Shown here: positions 23,056-36,909 of the stretch, in pieces
Layout: every line of letters starts with the position of its first letter
How positions within the stretch are numbered: position 1 is the first letter of the stretch
NCBI GenBank assembly: GCA_009103225.1
Contig: RHPI01000101.1
Location: 1-64,000 of the forward strand
Source of the DNA: Chlorokybus atmophyticus
Lineage: Eukaryota > Plantae > Mesostigma and Chlorokybus algae
Length of the DNA: 64,000 nucleotides
Direction: 5' to 3'
Position numbers and translations under genes: made by a program
The notes under the pieces: model-generated
The model's input: the letters and a program-made list of their open reading frames with translations, nothing else
Told to the model about the DNA's origin: nothing
Databases searched by the model: none

Positions 23056-23369
23056 CCGTACTTGCCCGGATAGCCCCCCTATACTTAGAAGCCCCTCCGA
23101 CCGTTTATGAGCCCCCCATTGCTCAATGCAACTTATTGTGCCCGTCGAGTTACGCCGGCTGCGCTCGGGTTACGCTTTTACATGTGCGAGTCGCGCGCGT
23201 CCAGTGTCATGTCACACCTGACGCGCGCGACTCCCACATGCAGCAGCGTAACTCGCGCTAAGAGGCCCCCCCTGTGCAATAGGAGCCCCCCCCGAATACA
23301 AGCCCCCTTCATTAAAAGGGGTGGGGGGCTTTGTTAAAAAAGGGGAGGCTTCTATCCGGGCAATTACGG
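23056..23369. mobile_element. Tc1/mariner (pogo-like) MITE
   Basis: TIR CCGTA(C/A)TTGCCCGGATAG at both ends, TA flanks (23054-55, 23370-71), and several subterminal AGCCCCC motifs. Confidence 0.85.
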
Positions 23370-24814
23370 TAATCATGGTATTGTACGCTCAAATGATATA
23401 AAAGTAATTATACACAAGCATCAACGGTTACAAACCAAACACATGATATAAAAGCTTGCGCGCAAGCTTTGCACATATATATGCAGTGGCTGTATGCTTA
23501 TTTGCATGGAGAAGATCAAGAAGAAAATGTTTCTGCTTATATACGCGTGCAGCGCGTAAGCTTTTGCACATAAGACGTAATCTCTTGCAATGCATGTTAA
23601 TGAAATACACGTATAAAATCTTACATGAGTTACCCGCAAGCTAATATATACAAATGTAGTCGTATTATATTATACATTCTTTAATAATTGTAGCACTATT
23701 GCGTTTGGTCAATCAAACATCTCGATTCAATAAAATGTACAAGGTACATCGATGATGTATCAACACATACATTTATATGTTCAATGTGCAAGAAGTGCGC
23801 AAGCTTTTGCACATTAAACGAATAAAAATGCATTGGATTTCCTTTTTATATTGGCTGCTCTACTTGCCAAGCATGCTTATAATTCATATTTCAATAAAAA
23901 GCAATTCAATCGTGACTTGCTGCCGTAAGAGGTTGCATAATCATTTGAAGTTGTTACCGTGACATCGCTTGTTAGCAATACATTGTTATAGAGCGACGGC
24001 CATGGTATTCATCGCAGTCAGCCGGACAATTCTAACATATATATTATTATTCCCCGAAGATGAATCGGTGACTCGAAGTGCACTCGATGCAATACGAGCT
24101 TCTCTCTCCATAATTGCCTGTTCTCTTCAAAACTTAAGGCCCGACTTTGTACTTACTAGAAATTGGACCCGAAATACCGAATACAACACATGTCAGTGAC
24201 ATGATGTCACCACCAGTGGCTTCCTTTCGGGTGGGGCCGAATTGGCCGGGCCGATGGTTCATCAGCCGGCCGAAGCACATAATGTGTTGTGGTCGGAAGT
24301 TTTGTGTCGCCTAAAATACTCAGACTCAGGGGGAAACAGGGGTTGGGAATCCCTTCAGGATTCCATGCGGCACGTGCGGTAGCTCAGTATCAGCACGTTA
24401 GCATCTGCGGCGTTCGTGCACCAATTGTAAGCCGTCAGCTCGTCAGCATTTGCTGCTTTGCACGTCACGTTACGCATGCTGCACGTTACGTGCCTCTTTC
24501 AGCAATTGTTTCAAATAGTTTGTTTGACAGCGTTTAACCGCGTCCTTTGAATTAACCGTGGTTTGTGTCAAACAGTGGCTTGTGGCCTGGCTGGACTACT
24601 GGGCTGCTGTTAGCCTGCTCCCACCAGGCCGATTGGGTGTGCGTGTGTCTTGGTCTGGCCTGGTCGGCGTGTCCTGCTTCACAGGCCTGAGCTAATTTGC
24701 CATTTCAATTTGCTACGTTCTCGCCCTTCTTGCTTACGTGGTCTTTCGTAGTCTGGTGCAGCTCCGCACAGCAGTGGTCTGGCCTAGTCTGGTCTCCTCT
24801 GCGCCCTTGCAGCC

Positions 24815-27457
24815 ATGAGGCTGGAGGCGGGCGTCGCGGAGGCCAACGGTCACGTGATGAGCAACGGCGATGTGGTGCTCAGCAACGGCGATGCCCACAG
24901 CGACCACCACCACGACAACCAGCGCCCAGTGAAGCTCATCATCGATACCGATCCGGGCGTTGATGATGCCCTTGCTCTCTTTATGGCTTTCCAACGATCA
25001 GACCTTTACAAGGTACTCAACAACAAACACAGCCATGTTGCAAGTGTGAGTAAGTCGGTTTGCTTTCCTTATTGACAGCATTTCTTTCCGCATCAACATT
25101 GTTGCTCGCACTGGCTAAAAGAAAGTGCACAGTAGATGGTATGATAAAGTTGCTCAGCAAAAAGCGGTTACAAACAAGAATGCGCACACTTGTTTGTGAG
25201 GCCCGCGTATGGGAAGAACTCTTAGCATAGAAGGTCTAAGCTTACATCTGTCATTGTTTGTACAGTCAGCTCACACGAATAACTCCAATGCACATTAATA
25301 AAACTGCACGCAGGTCATACTTGTGATGTAGGAGAAACAGAAGAAGACTAACTTGATGCAGCTAACTTTGAATTGTAGGTAAACCAATGCGCAAAAAACC
25401 ATTGCAGGGAATTACGCACACAGTATATCATGTTGCACAAAGCACAGAGCGCGACAAGGTGTTACTTGAGATGTATAGTGGAGCAAAGACTGTGTGAACT
25501 GAGTCATCTCCGCACTCTAAAACCAGACAATGTCTGTGGGAATCAACAAGAGATCATGCAGTCATGGTTGTGTGAAGTGAGCCTTTCATGCAGGTTGTGG
25601 CGTTGACAACGATTTTTGGCAACGTGCACACCCCGCTGGCAACGCAGAATGCACTGCGGCTGGTGGAGCGGGCAGGTGCAGCCGCGGAGGGTGTGGCCGT
25701 TGTTCAGGGCGCCCTCGGGCCCCTGGGTGACGGCATTGTCAAGCGCGTCGCTGACTTTGTGCACGGGAAGGTACTATCAGTGGCAGTGACAATGCGAGCA
25801 TCAAGTGTTGAAGTATGTCACCGTGTTGGAAGCAGTGTGACTGGCGAGGATCAGTGGCCTGTGCAACATGACATTGGTGTTCCTTGATTGTTGCCTTGCC
25901 AATGGAGCAAGTGGCATGTATGTGGCATGTGTAGCTGCTCAATCAAGCTCAATCAACTGCATCGCTGTTTGGGAGAACACATTAGTTACTTCGCATTCAC
26001 AACTGTCTGCCAACTGTTACACAGCCAGTGCCAATCGCTACGAACAGATGTCACTCGTCAGGTGTCATTAACATCGTTTGTAGACATAAGTGTCGAACTG
26101 TGAGACACTTGCATATTAGCTGTTTACCAGCTAGTAATATTCCATGCTGACTGGCCGTAACAGGCCACTTACAGGTTATTACTGCCAGTCAGCTGTTGGT
26201 AACAGCTGTTACCCACAGCTTGGTAGTGACAGCTGTTATCAGCTGTGAGTTCATTGTTGTTCTGATGACGTTGCACAACGAGGTGTTTACTGCAGCCAAG
26301 TATAGCCGCTAATTCTGGTAACAGGGCTAATTCTGGCAGCACCGGGTCGTCAATGAACATTGCTACAGCAACAATTGGATGTAGCCGTGTTTGAGAGTGA
26401 GTTTGTTTGCTCAACCTCGCATCCATGTACAGGACGGCCTTGGTAACACGTTCCCTTCTCCGCCTAGTGGCACTCCTTTGCCCGGCACGAGCGCAGCACA
26501 GTACCTCGTGGACGCGGCTAACGCATCCCCGGGGGAGCTCACCGTTCTCGCCCTTGGACCCCTCACCAACCTTGCGCTTGCGCTACGCATCGACCCCAAT
26601 TGGCCCAAGAAGGTGTGTTTTTGTGCTCTATGCACAAAATGCTGGTGCAACGCCGACACAACCCTTGTGTCGCTCATGTGTCGAGTACTGCATGGGTGCT
26701 TTTGGTTGGTCAGCACAGTTGCTTACGAGATGCGACCTTGTCATAACTCTGCAGGTGAAGAAAATTGTGGTGTTGGGTGGTGCTTTCTTCGTCAACGGCA
26801 ATGTCAATCCAGCTGCCGAAGCCAACATTGCCGGCGATGCTGAGGCTGCAGACATTGTCTTTGGGTGCGGGGAGAATGTTTACGTTGTCGGTCTCAACGT
26901 TACCACAGGTACATTGCTTACACATTCTAGTACTGAAAGGGGTTGTTGTGTGTCAAACAAACACCTGTGTTGTTGCGTATGCAGAGGTGTACTTGACGGA
27001 CAAGGACCTGGACCACATCAAAGAGTCAAACTCGAAACATGGGGCGTATTGCCATGAGATATGCCAGTTTTACATGGGCTACCACAAGACGGCATTCGGG
27101 CTACCCGGCGTGTACCTCCACGACCCCACTGCTCTTGTCGCCATCACGCACCCACACCTTTTCACGTGGGCTCATGGCGCTGTCCGCGTTGTCACTGAAG
27201 GCCTTGCCCACGGTGAAACCATCATGGACGCCGGCGGAAAAAAGTGAGCTGTTGTTCGTGTGCGCGTGCATGCATGCACATACGTGTGCGTGCATGTTGT
27301 TGGGTGTTTCGCTGGCGTTGGTACTGATTGTTGTTTGTGTGTCTGCAGTTGGTATGTGGAGAACCCATGGATGGGAAGGCCGGCGATAGCCGTTGCAGTG
27401 AAGGTGCAAGCGCCCGAGGTTGTGCAGCTCGTGAAGGAGTCTCTCATGCAACAATGA
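24815..27457 (+). CDS. URH: Inosine/uridine-preferring nucleoside hydrolase (plant URH/NSH type), 6 exons
   Basis: Exons 24815-25012, 25594-25770, 26433-26612, 26755-26908, 26985-27244, 27349-27457, all phase-consistent. Motifs IIDTDPGVDDALA, HGKDGLGN, ALGPLTNLA, GNVNPAAEANI, VGLNVT, LHDP. Confidence 0.95.
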
Positions 27458-27821
27458 CTGGTTGGCCGCCCAGTGAGGCAAGGGGAGGGGTGTAGGTTAG
27501 GAGGGGTGAAATGCAACATGGCATGCAGATGTACATTTGTAGATTAGTCTCAGGTGATTCTTGCATCTGGCAGGTCGTGTATGAGTGCCTCCTGCAGATG
27601 CTTTGGTAGTGTTTGGGTCAATAGTATGTGCCAGCAGTAGTGGCACTCCACTGTGTTGTAAGGCACTAGTGGGGCTCCGTTGCTCATTATGTAATTACCA
27701 CTGGCAATGGGCCAGTGTTTGGTGTTTTGGAGGCACAGGGGCTGATCTCTATCTGCGTTTGTACGCGGTGCCAGCTGTGAGACACACACATGCTAATATG
27801 TGTGTTTGTGGTGTCTATCAG

Positions 27822-30376
27822 ATGGCATATGATGTTGAACTTGGTCAGGCTGGTAGGAATACACACAATGCACAACAACAACAACAACAACAACCACAAA
27901 CGCTAGCCACCGCGCAAAGTGATCGTGTGCAACTTCCACCTGCAACAGTGGCGAAAGTAGCCAAGACTGTCGCCTCCATGCGTATATCTGCCAGGATTGA
28001 GAGGACAAGAAGAAAAGCAAGATGGTGAGTTGCTAGTGGCCGGCCCCCGCCTTAGGCCAGCTCGCCAACAACAAGCGGGAGGGGTAGAGAGGAAACGTGC
28101 GAGTCAGCTGACGGTGAGTGGCCGATGGCCGGCCTCAGCCTAGGCTCGCTCGCCAACAACACTGCCGCCGCTGTTGCCGCTGCCACATTGTACACACTTG
28201 TTCACATCCTTCAGCTCAGCCTTTGTTGCGGGGGGCGACGCAGGGGGAGGCGGGGGCGGAGGCGGAGGCGGAGGCGGAGGCAAGGTGGTCGCTGGTGAGG
28301 TGAGCGCAGATTGCTGGCCGGCTGCTTGGTTGGTTGTTTGCGGACTTGATGGCTTTGTGTCTGTGTGTGCTATACAACAGCAAATGCTGTAGAGTGGGCT
28401 CATGCTGTGTCTTAGAGTTGTATTTGCGCTTGCACACCGACAGCTGCCCCTTGCAAGTCTTTCCTCGTGGCTGTTGTACAAGTTGTAGCTACCCTCGTGG
28501 CATCTCAAGCAAGCACGATAGGATCAAATCACTAGCACAGCCGTTGACCACCAGTCGCCGTGGTTGTATACTTTGCGGCTGCCATCAACAACTAGCAGCC
28601 CATCCTTGAGCAGTGTACAGTGCAAACTCTACGCATGTTAAGGCAATTGCTGTTGTTTATAGGGGCACTCCTTCCACACGAGCCATTCATGTCATTGTCT
28701 TTGCTTGCATAGTGCTGAAGTTTTATTGATGCCATATCAGCTTAGCTTGGCTGCTACCTTGCTTAGTCGAATACATTGGCAATAACAGCAGTCCCTATAC
28801 TCACAATCGCGCCTGTGTGGATGGCAGCCCATCGTTTTTAGCACCACCAATCAAGCCCTGGCAGGTCTTATAGCAACCCGCATTGCTTTCAGGCCTCTGT
28901 GCAAGTTGAAGTCACACATGCATGTGCGTGCTTACACGGAGTGGAGTGCTTACAACGCAATGGCGGGGGCGGAGGCGGAGGCGGAGGCGGAGGCAAGGTG
29001 GTCGCTGGTGAGGTGAGCGCAGATTGCTGGCCGGCTGCTTGGTTGGTTGTTTGCGGACTTGATGGCTTTGTGTCTGTGTGTGCTATACAACAGCAAATGC
29101 TGTAGAGTGGGCTCATGCTGTGTCTTAGAGTTGTATTTGCGCTTGCACACCGACAGCTGCCCCTTGCAAGTCTTTCCTCGTGGCTGTTGTACAAGTTGTA
29201 GCTACCCTCGTGGCATCTCAAGCAAGCACGATAGGATCAAATCACTAGTGACCTTTGGCCCCGTATGTTAACAGTGGTCATCCATAATGCAGAGTATGTG
29301 CAGTTGAAGGACGATGAGTCCATTATTGTGCAATCAGCCACGCAGCGGTATGTGTTCCAAGTCGTGGCACGCTTGGGCACGCCTCGCACCTATGGAGCTG
29401 TATATGCTGTTGAAGCCACGGCAGGAACGCAAGTATCGGTGGTAACAGCCACAGGCATGTATGTGTTGAAGGTTGACCCACAGCCGTGCGATCTTGAAGA
29501 AGCAAAACGCCTTGATGACGACCTAACACCATGGACTCAGGTGCATGCTGCGGCAAAAGCCTCAATTCATGTAATTGTTGTGACAGCACAGTTGACCTGA
29601 TACAAGTGACTTTTCCTCTTCTTTGCAGGTGGAGCGCGAAGCCTCCGTTCTGGCCCACTTAGGCAAGCACGGGTTGATGAGTCTCAGAATTGGTAGACCA
29701 CGGGACGATTGAGCCATCCCCTGCTTGTACTTCTGGTGTGGCTGGCGCTCGAGCAATTATCACACCTCTGCAGGGACGTCCGCTGGTGCCAGCCACCGGA
29801 GCGGTTTTGCCTTTGAAGTCGGCTGCAGTGCAAAAGCTGGCGGCGGATGTCCTTGAAGGCTTGCTTTTCGCACATGCCCAGGGTGTGTGGCACAATGACG
29901 TCGCACCCCAAAACATAGGCGTCACTCATGCTGGCTCGGAAGCGATGGGAAGCTACTATCTGTTCGATTTTGGGGCTGCCAGCTGCCCCGCCCTACACCT
30001 GTACGACCAACCCATGGCGCACGAGTTGTATGCCTCCACTAGCTGGTTGGTGACAGGGCAGGTGTCCTCTGCTCTGGCGGATATCGAATCTCTTGTCTAC
30101 ACGTGCATGGCATTGTCCTCCCCCGGGGAGGACTCCTTGCATGGCTATGCTGAGCCCGCAGCGTTGCCATGGGAGGAGGCTCAACTCCGTGGCAACGTGC
30201 TGCGGGTGCTTTTCCTGCGGGCAGATCTTCACGCGCAGCCAGAGGAAAACCCAGTCTTGCGGAGTTGGCCTCGCCCCCTGCTGGAATTTGCCAAGGGCGT
30301 CTTTCGTTGTGTTTACACTGGAGCACCGCCACCACCCATGGAGGAGTGGTTGAGCTTGCTGCGTGGCCCCACATAG
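27822..30376 (+). pseudogene. Atypical protein kinase-like gene with apparent frameshift (copy 1)
   Basis: Gly-loop-like RLGTPRTYGAVY, YVLKV, VEREASVLAHL, HNDVAPQNI and LFDFG. The frame after the 29629 acceptor hits a stop and the kinase core continues in +1 from ~29681. N-terminal exons are poly-Q and poly-G; the start is uncertain. Confidence 0.7.
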
Positions 30377-31056
30377 CTTCCACACATGCAGCTGCGCGAG
30401 AGCATATTCACACTTATCCAGTGAGCGAGGCCCCGATGCTTATAACCACGGCGTTGTCGTGAAGATAGCAGCAAGTCACCCATGCAATACGGCACAAGGC
30501 TTGTGCTCATCATGGTGCTCCCACATTAGTGGCGTTGCTTCGCAGCTTGACGTAGCCACCTCCTCCTCGCCATGTTGGTAAGTTGTGCTGGTCCCTGATG
30601 CTACTCAGTCAGGTGCACATGCCTGTTGGAATTGCTAGACCCAACAAGACCGTAGGGTATGCGGTCATGACTGCGCTTGTGTTGTTCATTGCACGCGGGT
30701 CGTGTTCAGGATTGCCTTGACAAGTATGCTGGAGCGAGCTGATGGCACGCTCTGGTTTTCCTGCCACAGCCCTTGAACGCCCAGGCTGTCTACTGCATGA
30801 AGCAGAAACTCCCAATGGCGTCGTTGCCAAGCGCTCTGTGCTACAGTGGCACTACAATCATTGCAGAGCCTTTGCCAGCACGTTGAGCAAAGCATGCACC
30901 CCGCCCAGTGTCATGCTGCATACCATGGCTGTGACGTGTACATGTGTCTCGGGGCAACGGCGGTAGCGCTATACCTGGTTCACAGCGTTTTAATCTTCAA
31001 ACATCGCATGCAGGCATGCGCGCGCTCTGCGTGGGCATGCACGTGTGGCACATGCG

Positions 31057-31060
<4 letters not shown>

Positions 31061-31126
<66 letters not shown>

Positions 31127-31127
31127 N
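31061..31127. repeat. (CA)n microsatellite ending in a single-N junction
   Basis: CA run 31061-31126, N at 31127. Confidence 0.98.
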
Positions 31128-32507
31128 GGAGCGGCAGCAGTAACTGCGATGCCGGGACGTGGATTCTGTCACATAAGTGTTACAGGACTTGTAGCTAAAA
31201 ACCCTCTACTTATTGAGGCAGACACTTGCATATTATAAATGGGGTTGCGTTTCCTAATCGGTTTGTGCGTGATGGAATGGCGTGTGCGGTTAATGATGGT
31301 GGCAGCAACAACAGCCAACATTTGCTTGTCAATGATAATAGAGTTGTCTGCATGCCAATTGCTGCCGAGCGTGACGTGGCGCTTACTTGTTTTGCTAACG
31401 TGATAATGCTACTCAACCAAGGGAAAGGCTAAAACTGTGCACTTGATATCATACAGGAGATGGCGGACGGCTTCGGGCAAGTGGACGGCTTTATATGTAT
31501 CTTTGTATTTAGTAAAAACAAAGATTGACAATGTCAATTGCCCTAGACGACCTAATATCAAACTTGATACAAGTTAAGCGTTGATGTCGCATTCAGGTAC
31601 GGCAATGAAGGTCGGTTATCCGGTCACCGGCTGACCATATGTATGGCGAGCGGTCAATCCGTCTTTGACTGAATATAGAACTTTTACTTGCTCTAATTCA
31701 GTCTCACGATCTAAACTTGCCTAGTTACATGTTTTTTTTACATGTTTATTAATGATAAAGCAATACTGATGTCCAAGTAAATAATGTCTTACTCTACAAT
31801 GCCGCCTCACCTCACATACATTTCAAGTATTATATAACGGATTTAATCGCCTACCCTTAAAGCATCCGCATATATTACAGGAGCAAAAACATATATTATC
31901 ATGATCATAAAACACAATTTTAGTATATGCACGATACAGCTTATATATATATATATATATACATATACACACACATACACACGCGCACACATACACAGGT
32001 TGTATGCAAAAAGCGCCATAAAAAACAAATCACGCCATGTATGCATAACTGTATTTTATTACTGCAATTGTTTACAAACATATTTGCTGATCCTTGCTTA
32101 ATTATAATGACATAAATGATTGGATTTCAGTTGCAAAAATCAGTACTATGCATATTACATGAAACTATATGGGTATGTAACACTGGAGTTGTTGAATTAT
32201 ACACCAACATGTGGGTGAGGTATATCACCTTTCATAATGAAGTAACATGAATAATCAATCAAGGATGTTTACAGATATGTAGCATATCAATTACTCTTCG
32301 CGCGAAGCGCCCGACATTTTTAGTATCTTACGTACGCCATGTCAGCAACTTTGCTTTTTCATCAGTTACTCTACTTGGAGATTTTGAGTTATTACAAGAA
32401 GTGTGTTAAAGAGGTACAAGACTTGACCATGACTTGCTGCTTCAATCAGCTTATATATCTGTGACATACTTCTGTGACACCACCAATCTGCCGCGGTGGA
32501 TGGCATA

Positions 32508-32821
32508 CCGTACTTGCCCGGATAGCCCCCCTATACTTAGAAGCCCCTCCGACCGTTTATGAGCCCCCCATTGCTCAATGCAACTTATTGTGCCCGTCGA
32601 GTTACGCCGGCTGCGCTCGGGTTACGCTTTTACATGTGCGAGTCGCGCGCGTCCAGTGTCATGTCACACCTGACGCGCGCGACTCCCACATGCAGCAGCG
32701 TAACTCGCGCTAAGAGGCCCCCCCTGTGCAATAGGAGCCCCCCCCGAATACAAGCCCCCTTCATTAAAAGGGGTGGGGGGCTTTGTTAAAAAAGGGGAGG
32801 CTTCTATCCGGGCAATTACGG
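32508..32821. mobile_element. pogo-like MITE (duplicate of 23056-23369)
   Basis: Same TIRs and TA flanks at offset 9452. Confidence 0.85.
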
Positions 32822-34266
32822 TAATCATGGTATTGTACGCTCAAATGATATAAAAGTAATTATACACAAGCATCAACGGTTACAAACCAAACACATGATA
32901 TAAAAGCTTGCGCGCAAGCTTTGCACATATATATGCAGTGGCTGTATGCTTATTTGCATGGAGAAGATCAAGAAGAAAATGTTTCTGCTTATATACGCGT
33001 GCAGCGCGTAAGCTTTTGCACATAAGACGTAATCTCTTGCAATGCATGTTAATGAAATACACGTATAAAATCTTACATGAGTTACCCGCAAGCTAATATA
33101 TACAAATGTAGTCGTATTATATTATACATTCTTTAATAATTGTAGCACTATTGCGTTTGGTCAATCAAACATCTCGATTCAATAAAATGTACAAGGTACA
33201 TCGATGATGTATCAACACATACATTTATATGTTCAATGTGCAAGAAGTGCGCAAGCTTTTGCACATTAAACGAATAAAAATGCATTGGATTTCCTTTTTA
33301 TATTGGCTGCTCTACTTGCCAAGCATGCTTATAATTCATATTTCAATAAAAAGCAATTCAATCGTGACTTGCTGCCGTAAGAGGTTGCATAATCATTTGA
33401 AGTTGTTACCGTGACATCGCTTGTTAGCAATACATTGTTATAGAGCGACGGCCATGGTATTCATCGCAGTCAGCCGGACAATTCTAACATATATATTATT
33501 ATTCCCCGAAGATGAATCGGTGACTCGAAGTGCACTCGATGCAATACGAGCTTCTCTCTCCATAATTGCCTGTTCTCTTCAAAACTTAAGGCCCGACTTT
33601 GTACTTACTAGAAATTGGACCCGAAATACCGAATACAACACATGTCAGTGACATGATGTCACCACCAGTGGCTTCCTTTCGGGTGGGGCCGAATTGGCCG
33701 GGCCGATGGTTCATCAGCCGGCCGAAGCACATAATGTGTTGTGGTCGGAAGTTTTGTGTCGCCTAAAATACTCAGACTCAGGGGGAAACAGGGGTTGGGA
33801 ATCCCTTCAGGATTCCATGCGGCACGTGCGGTAGCTCAGTATCAGCACGTTAGCATCTGCGGCGTTCGTGCACCAATTGTAAGCCGTCAGCTCGTCAGCA
33901 TTTGCTGCTTTGCACGTCACGTTACGCATGCTGCACGTTACGTGCCTCTTTCAGCAATTGTTTCAAATAGTTTGTTTGACAGCGTTTAACCGCGTCCTTT
34001 GAATTAACCGTGGTTTGTGTCAAACAGTGGCTTGTGGCCTGGCTGGACTACTGGGCTGCTGTTAGCCTGCTCCCACCAGGCCGATTGGGTGTGCGTGTGT
34101 CTTGGTCTGGCCTGGTCGGCGTGTCCTGCTTCACAGGCCTGAGCTAATTTGCCATTTCAATTTGCTACGTTCTCGCCCTTCTTGCTTACGTGGTCTTTCG
34201 TAGTCTGGTGCAGCTCCGCACAGCAGTGGTCTGGCCTAGTCTGGTCTCCTCTGCGCCCTTGCAGCC

Positions 34267-36909
34267 ATGAGGCTGGAGGCGGGCGTCGCGGAGGCCAACG
34301 GTCACGTGATGAGCAACGGCGATGTGGTGCTCAGCAACGGCGATGCCCACAGCGACCACCACCACGACAACCAGCGCCCAGTGAAGCTCATCATCGATAC
34401 CGATCCGGGCGTTGATGATGCCCTTGCTCTCTTTATGGCTTTCCAACGATCAGACCTTTACAAGGTACTCAACAACAAACACAGCCATGTTGCAAGTGTG
34501 AGTAAGTCGGTTTGCTTTCCTTATTGACAGCATTTCTTTCCGCATCAACATTGTTGCTCGCACTGGCTAAAAGAAAGTGCACAGTAGATGGTATGATAAA
34601 GTTGCTCAGCAAAAAGCGGTTACAAACAAGAATGCGCACACTTGTTTGTGAGGCCCGCGTATGGGAAGAACTCTTAGCATAGAAGGTCTAAGCTTACATC
34701 TGTCATTGTTTGTACAGTCAGCTCACACGAATAACTCCAATGCACATTAATAAAACTGCACGCAGGTCATACTTGTGATGTAGGAGAAACAGAAGAAGAC
34801 TAACTTGATGCAGCTAACTTTGAATTGTAGGTAAACCAATGCGCAAAAAACCATTGCAGGGAATTACGCACACAGTATATCATGTTGCACAAAGCACAGA
34901 GCGCGACAAGGTGTTACTTGAGATGTATAGTGGAGCAAAGACTGTGTGAACTGAGTCATCTCCGCACTCTAAAACCAGACAATGTCTGTGGGAATCAACA
35001 AGAGATCATGCAGTCATGGTTGTGTGAAGTGAGCCTTTCATGCAGGTTGTGGCGTTGACAACGATTTTTGGCAACGTGCACACCCCGCTGGCAACGCAGA
35101 ATGCACTGCGGCTGGTGGAGCGGGCAGGTGCAGCCGCGGAGGGTGTGGCCGTTGTTCAGGGCGCCCTCGGGCCCCTGGGTGACGGCATTGTCAAGCGCGT
35201 CGCTGACTTTGTGCACGGGAAGGTACTATCAGTGGCAGTGACAATGCGAGCATCAAGTGTTGAAGTATGTCACCGTGTTGGAAGCAGTGTGACTGGCGAG
35301 GATCAGTGGCCTGTGCAACATGACATTGGTGTTCCTTGATTGTTGCCTTGCCAATGGAGCAAGTGGCATGTATGTGGCATGTGTAGCTGCTCAATCAAGC
35401 TCAATCAACTGCATCGCTGTTTGGGAGAACACATTAGTTACTTCGCATTCACAACTGTCTGCCAACTGTTACACAGCCAGTGCCAATCGCTACGAACAGA
35501 TGTCACTCGTCAGGTGTCATTAACATCGTTTGTAGACATAAGTGTCGAACTGTGAGACACTTGCATATTAGCTGTTTACCAGCTAGTAATATTCCATGCT
35601 GACTGGCCGTAACAGGCCACTTACAGGTTATTACTGCCAGTCAGCTGTTGGTAACAGCTGTTACCCACAGCTTGGTAGTGACAGCTGTTATCAGCTGTGA
35701 GTTCATTGTTGTTCTGATGACGTTGCACAACGAGGTGTTTACTGCAGCCAAGTATAGCCGCTAATTCTGGTAACAGGGCTAATTCTGGCAGCACCGGGTC
35801 GTCAATGAACATTGCTACAGCAACAATTGGATGTAGCCGTGTTTGAGAGTGAGTTTGTTTGCTCAACCTCGCATCCATGTACAGGACGGCCTTGGTAACA
35901 CGTTCCCTTCTCCGCCTAGTGGCACTCCTTTGCCCGGCACGAGCGCAGCACAGTACCTCGTGGACGCGGCTAACGCATCCCCGGGGGAGCTCACCGTTCT
36001 CGCCCTTGGACCCCTCACCAACCTTGCGCTTGCGCTACGCATCGACCCCAATTGGCCCAAGAAGGTGTGTTTTTGTGCTCTATGCACAAAATGCTGGTGC
36101 AACGCCGACACAACCCTTGTGTCGCTCATGTGTCGAGTACTGCATGGGTGCTTTTGGTTGGTCAGCACAGTTGCTTACGAGATGCGACCTTGTCATAACT
36201 CTGCAGGTGAAGAAAATTGTGGTGTTGGGTGGTGCTTTCTTCGTCAACGGCAATGTCAATCCAGCTGCCGAAGCCAACATTGCCGGCGATGCTGAGGCTG
36301 CAGACATTGTCTTTGGGTGCGGGGAGAATGTTTACGTTGTCGGTCTCAACGTTACCACAGGTACATTGCTTACACATTCTAGTACTGAAAGGGGTTGTTG
36401 TGTGTCAAACAAACACCTGTGTTGTTGCGTATGCAGAGGTGTACTTGACGGACAAGGACCTGGACCACATCAAAGAGTCAAACTCGAAACATGGGGCGTA
36501 TTGCCATGAGATATGCCAGTTTTACATGGGCTACCACAAGACGGCATTCGGGCTACCCGGCGTGTACCTCCACGACCCCACTGCTCTTGTCGCCATCACG
36601 CACCCACACCTTTTCACGTGGGCTCATGGCGCTGTCCGCGTTGTCACTGAAGGCCTTGCCCACGGTGAAACCATCATGGACGCCGGCGGAAAAAAGTGAG
36701 CTGTTGTTCGTGTGCGCGTGCATGCATGCACATACGTGTGCGTGCATGTTGTTGGGTGTTTCGCTGGCGTTGGTACTGATTGTTGTTTGTGTGTCTGCAG
36801 TTGGTATGTGGAGAACCCATGGATGGGAAGGCCGGCGATAGCCGTTGCAGTGAAGGTGCAAGCGCCCGAGGTTGTGCAGCTCGTGAAGGAGTCTCTCATG
36901 CAACAATGA
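34267..36909 (+). CDS. URH: Nucleoside hydrolase, duplicate copy
   Basis: Identical to 24815-27457 at offset 9452. Confidence 0.9.

Larger units (their letters stand above)
21676..31126 (+). repeat. Tandem duplication, copy 1 (9451 bp)
   Basis: 21676-28543 equals 31128-37995 (offset 9452). 29248-31126 equals 37996 onward (offset 8748). The ORF track is identical at both offsets. Confidence 0.97.

Noticed and set aside
24190-24300. GC-rich stems as a possible tRNA or ncRNA
   Set aside because: No cloverleaf, T-loop or box A/B consensus. Only short local palindromes.
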